Below are positions 1 to 11,855 of a stretch of 64,000 bases of DNA, in pieces. The notes under the pieces were generated by a model. It ran no database searches, was not told the DNA's origin, and saw only the letters and a list, made by a program, of their open reading frames with translations. Each line of letters opens with the position of its first letter. Positions within the stretch are counted from its first letter, which is position 1. The position numbers and the translations under genes were made by a program. Origin of the DNA: Dimorphilus gyrociliatus (Eukaryota > Animalia > Annelida); contig CAJFCJ010000008.1 in the NCBI GenBank assembly GCA_904063045.1, positions 1,178,001 to 1,242,000 of the forward strand, written 5' to 3'.

Positions 1-389
1 TATATATATGTAATTTTTTTGAATGAAGCAAAAAACTCTATTCCACTCAGCAATAGTGTACAGATCTGGTTATTATCATTACTTTATATGGCAAACATAC
101 TCTAGCAAACCGTACTATCTCTAGGCAAACAACTTGCATCGCATAAATTGAAATTAATGTCCTCGGAGGCTTGTTATTACTTTAAAGCTACACCACTATA
201 CAATTTAACAGTTATATCAATAAATATATGATAAAAAATTATGTTCAAATTATTATCAATAGTAAAATAACATTAAATCTCATATTACAATCTTTTGTAA
301 AGGAAACGTCCGAAAGAAGTAAATTTGTCCTAAGATTTTCTTATTCAGCTGTTTAACATTACTACTTCTGATATAGGGTAGTTTATGTA

Positions 390-393
<4 letters not shown>

Positions 394-428
<35 letters not shown>

Positions 429-440
429 CTCTCTCTCTCT
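394..440. repeat. Compound (CA)n(CT)n microsatellite
   Basis: About 15 CA units followed by about 8 CT units. Confidence 0.95.
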
Positions 441-3400
441 TCTTCGTCTTCGTCTTCTTTTTCTATCTCTCTTTTCTTTAGCTGTCTTTTTTTCTTTCTT
501 TCCCTAACCTACATATCTGTCTAAGTGACTACCTATTTCTTTATCAATTGGCTGTACGTTTATATAATAAAATGATATTTTAAACATGGTCAATATTATT
601 ATAAGTATTGAAAAAACATTAGAATTGGTCTATTTTTTATTAGAAAATCGGAATTAATGTGTAAATTATGAATGAAATCTAATATCATTCAATACTCTCT
701 AGGCTTAATAAAAATCAAAGAACGATTTATATTTTGGACAGTTAGTTATTTAATTAAATACTAATTAATAATAGTTTTACAAAATTTTAGGGAAAAGGGA
801 AAGGGGAAAAAGGTTCATCAATCATTTTCACAAAAAACAAAAATCTTTCATAAATTTCTTATTTGTGATCGTTTAGTTTAGTCAATGTTTTTTTGGAGAA
901 AGCAAGCTTGTAGAGCTATTTTAAAGAAATCTAATCAGATCTTGCTATTCACTGTAAGACTACTTATTCATTCGAAAGTTCTCTTGCAGGAATGGTAAGG
1001 GAGAGTAGCTCAATCGATTAAGTCACAATTTTTTGCCACCATCTCGATTCATCATTTTTAATAAAGATCTGACTGGAAGATGCTGTGTTGTAACGTCACA
1101 ACAAACCAGTTATAGTGTTACGGTGGGAGAGAAAGGTTATAAAAAAGAAGAAGAGGAGGATGAGGGGGAGGAAGAGGAGGAAGTAGAGCAGGGTAGTTTA
1201 AAATAATTAAACAATTTCATTTTTTCCTTTGTAAAACTTAAAAAAATATTAGTAATTTTATTTAGCCAAAGTATGACTAGCATTTTAATATTACTTAACT
1301 ATTCAATGGCTTTCTATTTGTAATAGAGTAACAAAATATATAGTATTTTCTATATATAGCTTTAAAACCCCTTTCCACGCCCATTTTCTTTCAATATATA
1401 TGCAAAAATTTCACAGAAGATTACAAAATCTACCTTTTCAGTTCTGTATAATGTTTTTTTTGCAGTAACAATAATACCTTACACGCAAGAATACTACTCA
1501 TTAAATTTCACCGTTTGTTTCTATCAAGTGTATGTTAAAGTAGGCTGATATCTTTGAGACTTTTTTTTAAATGTTTAAATGGATATTATAAAAGCATTTG
1601 CTATTACTTGAATCAATGAGACATTGATTTATGCAACCAAACATATATCCCTCGAAAACTGAGGATTTTGATTATTATAAGAAAAGCATTACATTTAAGC
1701 ATTTTTTCAGTTTTAATACGGCATTGAAAAATGTTATAAAGTGGAAAAAGTGTGGGAAGTGAGTATGAGTAAAATCTCCCAACCGCAATAAAAGCCGCTT
1801 CAGGCGTTTTGACTAAAACGCTTCGTGTCGCTGACATTCTTGTATACACCAGATTAAAAAAAACCTATATAAATAAATAAGACAAAGCGGTTGAGAGGGA
1901 AGGGCGAGAAAGAGAAAGACGTTAAGATTAATGGAGTAGAGGTGAGTTGTATAACATAGATTATAGGAAAAAGCGTGGGAAAGGGTTAAGGCAAAGAGTA
2001 GTACACGTGAACGATCTATTACATATTTAAACTGATCATCCTGTATTGTTGATCAGACCCACTTTCCTATCAAAGAAAACCCTAACTTATTAGCAATCAG
2101 TTTATTTGTAGTTTGGTTTGTCAAGATAAAGAAGGGAACAAAAGGGTTTATTTGACAAGGTCTACTAATCCTCTTCCTCTCTCTTACTCAAATTTCTCAT
2201 TTCTCTCCTCTCCTCAGCTGTTAATAATTCTCGTCTTTAAAATATTTCGATTCTAACACTAAAAGTTAGACTCCAACTTCTATATTATGGCTGCTTACGT
2301 TATTACATTAAGGGGATGAAAGCGTTTAGTATTGTGAGTCATCTTACCCTAACGTTGTTAATAGACCCATTAAAATAGTATTAAATAGGTAACTAGGTTA
2401 CTAGACAATGAGCGCTTATAATTTTAGAATATTTTGAAATCGATTAAACACCCGAAAAAGTGCTAAAATCTTGCCAGGTTAGTTGGTTTTATAAGGTATT
2501 CTTCTCTTTGTTAATTCCTATAATAGATCAAATATCAGATTGAATTCTAAAGCTGCTCAATATACAATTGAAAACTGATGAATGGAATATATTGAATAAA
2601 AGTTTTAGCTTAATTTCTCATAAAAGTCATAGCAGACGGCTTATTCAAAAAAAAGAAGAAATTTCTACTTTAAACTTAAAAAAAATTGTGCAAAGAGAAT
2701 AGATATAAGAGATCAGTGACCTATCAATTAAACCTATTAAGAATAAAATGCCTAAAAGGAAAAGGTAATTTTATATATTAACATTTTTAATATATGATAG
2801 GAAAGTTAAAATTTAGCAGAGTTATAGTGTTCTTTAACATTACCTTTTCAATGATTGAAAAACGAGAGATTAAAAATAAATAGACACCTTTTATAGATTT
2901 TAAATTTAAATAAATAATCAATAAATAATGTTAACCTACATTGATTCATATTATAAGCTATAAGTTTGCTGTATGTACCTCTGATATATACTATATAGTC
3001 TTTTAAAAGAATAATAATATAGGAGAAATAGATTAGAATAGAGTTGTAATTTGCGCATAATGGATTAAACCATAGTAAAAGGCTTTTGTAATACTGTCGT
3101 AGTCAGTTGTAATAAATTATATAAGATTTTACAAATGATATCACGGACGTAATTTTTAAAGTAAAGTTCTAATAGAATTTCTTTTTTTCTACTAAATTTT
3201 TCCCATTCGTATAGGTTTTTCGTTATTCTTTCTATTATTTATTTAGAATTGCTAAACGCTTAATAATTCCTTTCTAAATAACACTTTTATTATTTCCCTT
3301 TTCTTTCTCTTTTGAAGGAAAAAAATTATTGAAATATACATATAATCCTTATATATTTATCCAATCGGTTCAGGATAATTACTCTCCTAGGCCTACTTAA

Positions 3401-3504
3401 AAAAACCCATTCAACTTGTTGATATAGACCCCAATAGTACATAGTTTAAAAAGAACTGCATTATTATGTATGAAATAGAAACACTTAATTAATTATTTAC
3501 TTAC

Positions 3505-6500
3505 GCAAATCCAAGTTTACTGTAATCGTCATCCTGATCAGGCCAGGTTAACATGCATTGAGTTTTTTCGCAAATTTCCTGCTTCTTAAGCTGAGCGAAG
3601 AATATATTTGGCACGGATATAATCGACGATATTAACCAGATAAGGGCTATACTGAATAATATCGACTTGGACGACATTCGGGGTTTTAATGGGTGTACGA
3701 TAGCTATATATCTGGCATAAATAAAGTATAATATTTAATAAAAAATAATTTAAATTAAATTTAATGTATTAGTGTATCTCGGATGACAAACCTCTCCACA
3801 GCAATCGCCATGAACGTTAATACGCTAACTGTGATTGTGCAGGGCGCTAAAAACATACTGGTTTTGCAGAAGGCGGAACCAAACCACCAATCCTCCTTGA
3901 GCATGTAAAGGAAGTTGAAGAAGGCGTTGAAAATGGAAATTAATGCGTCGGCAATAGCCAAATTGACTAGGAAATAATTCGTAACGGTTCTCATTCTCTG
4001 TTATAAAATTATCAATACGTTTAATATGTTTTATCATCCACCGGGAATATTCAAAATGAACTAGCAGAACATACTATCCAAAAATTATTCCATGTCCAAT
4101 ACCCACTCTACCCCTCTTCGTTTGCTTCCTCTCTCACTAAAACCTATTTTTCCCCCTCTTTCCCTTTCTCCCACACCATTTGGTTTAAGTAGATATTCGT
4201 TGCATTGCTTAAGGCTTTGCTTCAATTGCTATGTTCCCTATCTACTTTGAATTCTGAATTGATGGGAAAAAACTTACTTTGTGAGCTAAAACTATCCAGA
4301 TAACAATAATATTGCCTACAGCTGCAATGGTAATCATCGCCATGAATGCCACTATGAACGGTAACTGCAAATACAGACAAAAGATGATACTATGTAGAAA
4401 TTCTTTTACAATTAACACCTACAAGTAGAATAAATTAAAGAACAATATGCATAGAATAGCAAATAAGATTAGGAATTCTTTGATAATAGAAAAATATGTT
4501 GATGAACTAGTAAAATTTCATGTAATGAAATACTATTTCAAACAATGGTATAGTAACGAAGTAAATTAATTCAGGGATTATTACAATGACCATCTCTTAT
4601 CAAATAACAATCAACCTTCAGTCATATAAATTTTGTCGAACAAAATATTACAAGCTCTGTATATAATTTAATTAAATCGTTTATTAAAACAAATTATATG
4701 CTTATATATTAATATCCAATTTTTACACTTTAAAGACTGAAATATTAAAAAAGAAATATTTACAAATATAGCTGTATACCTACACAATAAACTATAACAG
4801 ATTGTCAAATTTGTAAATTTTCGTATTTTATTAAATTTTATTTTTAGATTTACAGTTTATATTTGTCCTAAATACACACATACATACGTACATATACATT
4901 ATATTAACTGTATATAAACTGTATATACATACTATATATTTCTAATAATTGTGAATATATGTGTAGGTGAAGAACAAAATGCCGTAAAATATACATATTG
5001 TTATATTTTAAGATACAATCTGCTGAATTATCAATTTTGAATTATTACTTTCTATATTTAACAACTGAGATTTTAGGTATTTTATAATTTCTTCTTTTAG
5101 TTTTTTTGCATACCTAAAGAGTAATTAACCTTCAATTATGCAAAAAAAAATTTTCTCTCAATAGCTACAACTTATTATTTTAGTATGAAAGATTATTAAT
5201 TAAGGAATTTGCATCTTAATGAAATAAAAACCAAAATGTTAAGAAAGCAAATACATATTTCTTTTTAGCGTTATCAAGGTGTTAGAAAGAAAAGTCTAAC
5301 AATAATAAAATAACTGCAAAGTTTATATTTTCTTTAAGAGATTATTTTTATCAATGGAGTAGATCTTGTGATTAATCCTTATTAAATATACAAATAATAG
5401 TATTTTTTCTACTTTTTTTACTATTTATTCAACTATAGTGAAAAAAAAGGAAAACTGTTTGTTGGAAGAATCTATTGCAAAATGTTTAATAATCAATATC
5501 ATTCCCATAGACATTCTCTCTTTTTTTAAGTACATATTTAATACTGTACACTTGAATACTTTTTTTGCAAGCTGGTGTATTAATTTTTCCCTAAAGTCTA
5601 ATTTTTTAGTGTTAAAATGAAGGAAAATCTCGTAAAAAATAATATTCCGTGAATAGATAGTATACTTTACACTGTAATTTATATTTATATGTAGAGAAAA
5701 CATCCCATAATTATTGTTTACGAAAGGACAATATGTTTAAATAAATTAACTTATTTGTATTGATAAATCAGAGAGAGAGAGAGATATTGCGTAGGAGTAG
5801 GCATAAAGTTGTAGGAGATATATTAAATTTAATAACAGTATTGCATATGATTTTTTTTAAATATTTCATTCAAAGACAGTATTGCTTTTGATGAAAGCTC
5901 TACTCTCTTTTGCTCCTTCTCTACATTCGACATAAAAAGTTTGAACATTAAGAGGGACGGACAAATTTTTTCTTTTTTTGATTTTGTCATCTTTTTTTAT
6001 TCATTCATCATTCTACTTTATATTTCCCTACAATAGGTATATACTGTATATATATAGCCTAGATGTTTTAAAAAATGTCTTATACTCATGTTTCCTTTGC
6101 TATATCTTAAATTGATAGTTGGACTTTTAATTTTTTATTTTTTTTGAGGGAGAGGGTATTTACATATTTTTACTATTGTATATTGTATGAAAAATCTGTA
6201 ACTATTTGAGTTACAAGACTTTTGGGCCTATATTGTATTACTCTATGCTTATACCGCCTGCTAGGCAAGATTTTTGCTTGATAAAAGGTATTTCAAAGGA
6301 TATATTGTCCTTATGAAAGTGAATACAAACCCTTTAAGCATACAGATTATCAAGGCGCGCTTATGTAGTGTATCACATGTAAGAACTGGCGTGACAATAA
6401 CCGCTTCTTATAAATTTTCCTATAATCGTTGTTTATTCTAATAGATCAGGAAAATACATAAATAGTATATGTAATTGTTGTAAAAAATCCATTTTTTGTG

Positions 6501-7077
6501 AGAGCATTGTAATTAGTATTGTTAATTCCTTGTTTATATTTGTATAATTAGAATGTTTTTTTATTGCAAAATAAACGAAAGAAAGAGAAATTAATAGAGC
6601 AAAATGTAGACCTTATTTTATTAACTGATCAAAAGCTTTATTTATCGTTAATCCTAATCCATTAATAAACGAAGAGAGAAGATATTGATTAAAATCTATA
6701 TTTGCAACTGTGAAAACTCACTATATTGTATTAAGTCAGTTAATCTTGATTATATACTCAAATCCATTATTGTCCATTTTGTAATCAATTATGGTCTGGT
6801 TTAATTTCTAATAAACACACTTTTAAACTTTCTCAGATGCAAATATCAGGCTAATTAAAATTATTTTACAATTATATAAACGAAATCTTATTGGTTAATT
6901 TTTTTCTCGCAGCCGCATAATTTTTATTGTTAAATTAATAATAAAGAAAATTAATAAAAAATTAATTAATAGATATTCCTCTTTGAAGGTGATTTTTTTT
7001 TCTTTTTTTATTTACAGTACCTGGATATACCATTCCATATCTGAAGAGCATTCCGACGAATTCGTCGAATTCGACAT
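3505..7077 (-). CDS. TACR: Tachykinin-receptor-like rhodopsin-family GPCR, partial (N-terminus to ECL2)
   Basis: Exons 7077-7021 (MSNSTNSSECSSDMEWYIQ, two N-glycan sequons), 4364-4278 (TM1...IWIVLAHK), 3997-3792 (RMRTVTNYFLVNLAIADA...FCK...AVE) and 3711-3505 (RYIAIVHPLKPRM...CMLTWP). All introns are GT-AG with compatible phases. AHKRMRTVTNYFLVNLA is typical of tachykinin receptors. TM5-7 exons were not found in the window. Confidence 0.9.
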
Positions 7078-7421
7078 GTTTTCTGGTGCCAACCAAGTCG
7101 AGACAAGAAGTATATTATGCGCAACTTGACAACGCCACCTAACGGCGGTCTATACTAACGAAATTACCGTTAATGCACAAAATGCGACCTTTAAAAATAC
7201 CCGACCATGCGCCACACATCATGAGCTTTCGTTTCTAATTACAGATTCGCTATTTTTTTCCTTCATCTTTATGAAATCTTCAATAGGTAAAATATATACA
7301 TTATTTTGAAACTTTTAGCCATTATCCAGGAAAAACGAAAGAGAAGCTCTTAAAATCCTTTACTCTGCTACTACTCTATCTTGTCCATTCCTATGCTCTT
7401 TCCATCTATTTTCAATATACC

Positions 7422-7425
<4 letters not shown>

Positions 7426-7471
<46 letters not shown>
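7426..7471. repeat. (TA)n microsatellite between the TACR and TPPP starts
   Basis: About 23 uninterrupted TA units. Confidence 0.95.
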
Positions 7472-7475
<4 letters not shown>

Positions 7476-7809
7476 GTGCGTGTGTGGATATGCACGATAC
7501 ATATGTCAAACTAAAATGATAAGAATCACTTCGTTAAAATCAAATTTTAAATTTTAAAATAAAAAGCTTTTCAGTTGAAAAACAATATTAGAACCAGCCT
7601 CTTTAAAAATACGTTGAAAAGGCTAAAAAATAACTATAAAAACTAATAATTATTAAATAATTTAAGTATGCTATTGTTTTCTTTTGTTATATATAAAGAA
7701 TATTTCATAGGAATATGAGTACAGAGAACAAAACAATTATATAAATATTAAAATGTATAAACATTTTTTTTTATTTAAGGAAAGATAAAGAACATTAATA
7801 ACTTTGAGT

Positions 7810-10597
7810 ATGTCTATAACAACAGAAAGCACTAAACCAGAGAGTTTAATTAGAGAACTTATCAATGATCCAGACTTTAAGCAGGCATATAAATCGTATG
7901 CACAATCGGATAAGGAAACGATGATGACTAAAATGCTAAAAATTTGGCTAAGGGATGCTGGTTTATTTGAGGGAGGTTGGAGCGATGGTAGTTATGATAT
8001 TGCTTATACTAAAGCCGGAGTTAGAACGAGCTTCAGAAAAGCAGACGTAAGTTTACAAAAAGAGTTCTCTTGCTATTCTGTTAAGTAGGTTTGTGAGAGT
8101 TGTAAAAACAAGAGGACAACGGTAAAATAGAGCGCTTGTCTGTAGTAAAAAGTGTATAGAGAGGTAGGGAGAGAGGGAGCAGCGTTGAGAGGAAAGAGTG
8201 AAAGGCGAAGGGGGCGGAAGATTTAGGAGTTGGCAAGGGAAAGGATTAGCGTTTTTCAATTTACATTCGGATAGAATTATTTTTATTTTACGATTTCAAT
8301 AGACTATTTATTTAATAGAGTTAAAACGGTAAAATATATAATGGCGATATAATTGTAGTCAAATTTCATTCGGACAAAAGTTTCAAATTCATAACAATTA
8401 AATATACGAAAGTTTTGGGTAATGTATGAAGAGAAACAGTATATGCATGAAGATTTATATTTAAAACGACATGTCTTTCTAGTAAGAATTTTTTTAAAAA
8501 CTGTAATTGACTCGAATTTAATTATGAATGAAACTTATAGGCAACTAGTTAAAAAATATTGATTAAACAATACATGAGTTCGAAAACTATTCTCACTATA
8601 TGCGGTATATACTGTATATATATAAAGTAGTATATATGCACTGGATAATATATTAAAAATTATAATTATTTTTATATACTAGAATTGGCAGATGGGCCTA
8701 AGTAACGTTATCAATAACAAATAGCTAATTGAATAACCTATGAACTATATTAAGTGTTTTTGTAAATTTTCAAAGTGATACAGTATTATGAGCTATGGAA
8801 TGCTTATTAGTCTGTAACGGAAAAATACGGGTTGAGAGAGGAATATGTCACCTGAGGAAGTTACGCTTACACATTCGTGTTCTGGGAATAGAGAAACCTC
8901 AAAGGAAGAGACCTCGTTAGGGTTTCTCGAATAAAAGGTGACTCGAACTGCAATTCTCGTTGAGGTTGTACATTACATGATGAGTGTTCGATATCCTTTG
9001 AGATCGAACCTTTATCTTCTCATAGGGTTCTCTGTAGACTAACCGAATAATTATAACTATTGAAACCGCTGATAAACTCTTTGAATCCATCCTTATCATA
9101 AATGTAAAGAGCATATCTATACATAGTAAATCGTATTCATCTTATCCTCATTATTGTATTCTTTATATTATCTTAGTAAGGGCGGTTTATATGGCAAACC
9201 TATCCGGCGTAATCATAAAACAATAGCAAAACGTAAAATGCATATTTGATAATTCATATTAATATTAGCTCATTAATTAAATTTATATAGCTTGTATATT
9301 GATCATATCAGTTTTGGTACTCAATAGCAGAACTGACTGACAGACCTCTGTTGGGAATATTGACATATTTCTAGTCTTTCCTTCGAGACTTTTCATCTGT
9401 ATATCGCTTTCTTTTCTCAGTTTATTCATTCATTTATTGTCCTTCTTTAATATCAGTGTGTCTCTGCTAGAAACAACTATACTTGGTTTCTGTATTTATA
9501 AACATCATATTAGAAGACTAGAATGTTTTGAATATAAATATGATATGAATTTTCACATCTCATATATACCCTTTTCTTTCATTTTATCTGTCTCAAGACT
9601 TTATTTTTCCTTCAGATAAATGAGATGCAATCGACATTCTCTAGTTTGTAATTGATCGGGTCGTCTTTTATCGTTTATTTGTCTTTATTTTGAGGTAAAA
9701 TGTGATTTTCCAGTTTGCCTTTGGCCCTTTGCTGTCTTAACTAGAGAAAACTATCCGAAATTTTGTAGATATGAGCGAAATTTAGATCTTTTATCCCAAG
9801 GTAAAGAATATTTTTTTTACAAAAATATCGTTAAACAGATAATATCTTTTCCCCTTTCTGTCCAAAGTCTAAAGTCAAAACAAGTCGTAATATTTCTGTT
9901 CTGCATAAATTATCTTATATTAGATACAACCATTTGAAACATAGATCTTATAGATAATTTTTATATAAACTGTAAGTTATTAAATTTACAAGAAGCTACA
10001 GCATACATTTGTACGAGTCAATAAAGTCTAATTACAGATCCGAATGAAAAATTTGCACACAGTCACTAGCAGTCCATGTACAACGCCATCTGTGGACAAT
10101 TCACAATATATGTTGACTAAGACTTTTTTCAATATATAATCCATTTATGGTGGAATCATCTTTTCCATGAGCTTATAATTGAACTTCATCAAATCATAAA
10201 ATGTATTTAGCACGTAGATAATAATTTCAATGTCAATTTAATTAAATTTCAGCTATTCAAAGTGTTGTTAGTCGTGTCTAAAGACTATTCTAAAGCAACC
10301 AAAGGATGTGAAAGCATTGATGCAATAAACGAATTTTGTCAGTTATTAAAGAATCAAAAAAGGCAACTAAAGAGCATAACAGCTAACAAGAGCGTCACTG
10401 ATCGATTGACGGACGTTTCCAAATATACGGGATCTCATAAGCACCGTTTTAATCCTGACGGAACAGGAAGAGGAATTGATGGTCGAGAATATCGTGCTGA
10501 GAATAAGGGCTATGTCTCAGGTTATAAGGGTCAAGGGACATATGTTAAACAATCCCCCGAAGATAGTGATAATCAAAGACTGAAAATTGAAAAATAA
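7810..10597 (+). CDS. TPPP: Tubulin polymerization-promoting protein (TPPP/p25-alpha family), about 193 aa
   Basis: Exons 7810-8046 (donor GTAAGT) and 10253-10597 (acceptor tttcag), phase 0. The C-terminal part has the p25alpha hallmark TDRLTDVSKYTGSHKHRF..G.GRG..GR......GYVSGYK..GTY. Confidence 0.92.
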
Positions 10598-11855
10598 TGT
10601 AAAATTAATGCTAATTAAGTATTGCAATAGATTTTCTTTATAACATTAATAGAACATATTTTCAATGGAGTAATAAGCCACTGTTTTTCCTTTAGTATTT
10701 CCATCGTCCACTATTTCGTTTAGAGCAGTGAATATACTGATCAGATACGGTTGAATAAATTAATAACTTTTAATCTCAAACCACAGTCCGGAACGTTTTA
10801 CCATAATGCTAATGCTCATTACACATTATGTTAAAAAGAGTTCATAGTTTCCCATTTCTCATGTCTTATTCATTTAATTTCTTCAATTATTCTTATAATA
10901 GCTTTATTTCCATTGTTTCCTTTGTTAAATTCATTTAATTAACATATCAGAAATAGAAACTTTTCTCATTTAAGGGTATTAATCTTTTGATAATTTATCT
11001 ATTTCTCCATCGTTTCTCTCTTATCAATAATTTCTTAAAAACATGACAAGACATTTTATCGGATAAAAATTATTTTTCATTTTATCTTGAAGAAGACCTT
11101 ATCAAACGTTCGGATGCACTAAGATAACAAGAAATGTTACCTTTATCTTTTTGTCAATATGTGATTTTCATTTTTAAAATAGTCTATATTCTGTGCAAAA
11201 TTAGAATTGGGAATCTCTTATTCTCTCTCTTTTTTTATCTTATATATATATCTATCTATATATATATTGTATACATATGAATCAATTAGCTCTATCGATT
11301 CTTTTTTGTTGTTTGCTGTTAAATACAAATTTCCCCTTTCTCAGTCTACCCTTCATTTCTATTTTCCTAACAAAAGAGAGGAAAAATCTGTCTCTTTTTC
11401 ATTTTCCAAGTTCTTGACTTTCCTTATGCGAATTATAGAAGTAAAGAGAACTTTAATGAGAATTTTGTTTTAATCATATAAACTTAAAAATCTCTGAAAT
11501 GTTCGTATCAAGCCACTAATAAGTTATCTATATAATGAGATTGTTGCAAGGATTTCTTATGAAAAATGGAATACCCACTTAAAGAAATAACATGTTAAGA
11601 GCAAGGCTATATGTTTTTTATTATCTGATATGGATTTTGATATATTATATCTTATACTTAACTTTCGAATTAATTTATTAAACAATTTTTAGAAACCTTG
11701 ACATTTAGGCCAAATTTACAACATTCAATTTTAGATAATACAAGAAAGCATCTGATATTTTGATGTAAATATCCCTATAAATAGGCATTGTCAGCTAAAT
11801 ATTTAGAATCATTCGATTCGCAGATCTTGATTAGTACAATAACTTTGAATGAAAG

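Noticed and set aside
1613-1849. ORF containing YTRM as the next TACR exon
   Set aside because: The nearest acceptor gives the wrong phase and an early stop, and there are no TM5-7 motifs.
3411-3470. YIIMQFFLNYVLLGS resembling TACR TM5
   Set aside because: No AG acceptor in front of it, the implied intron is only about 33 nt, and it runs into TGA.
8821-9120. GC-richer stretch in the TPPP intron as a nested gene or ncRNA
   Set aside because: Only short ORFs without splice support and no recognisable RNA structure.
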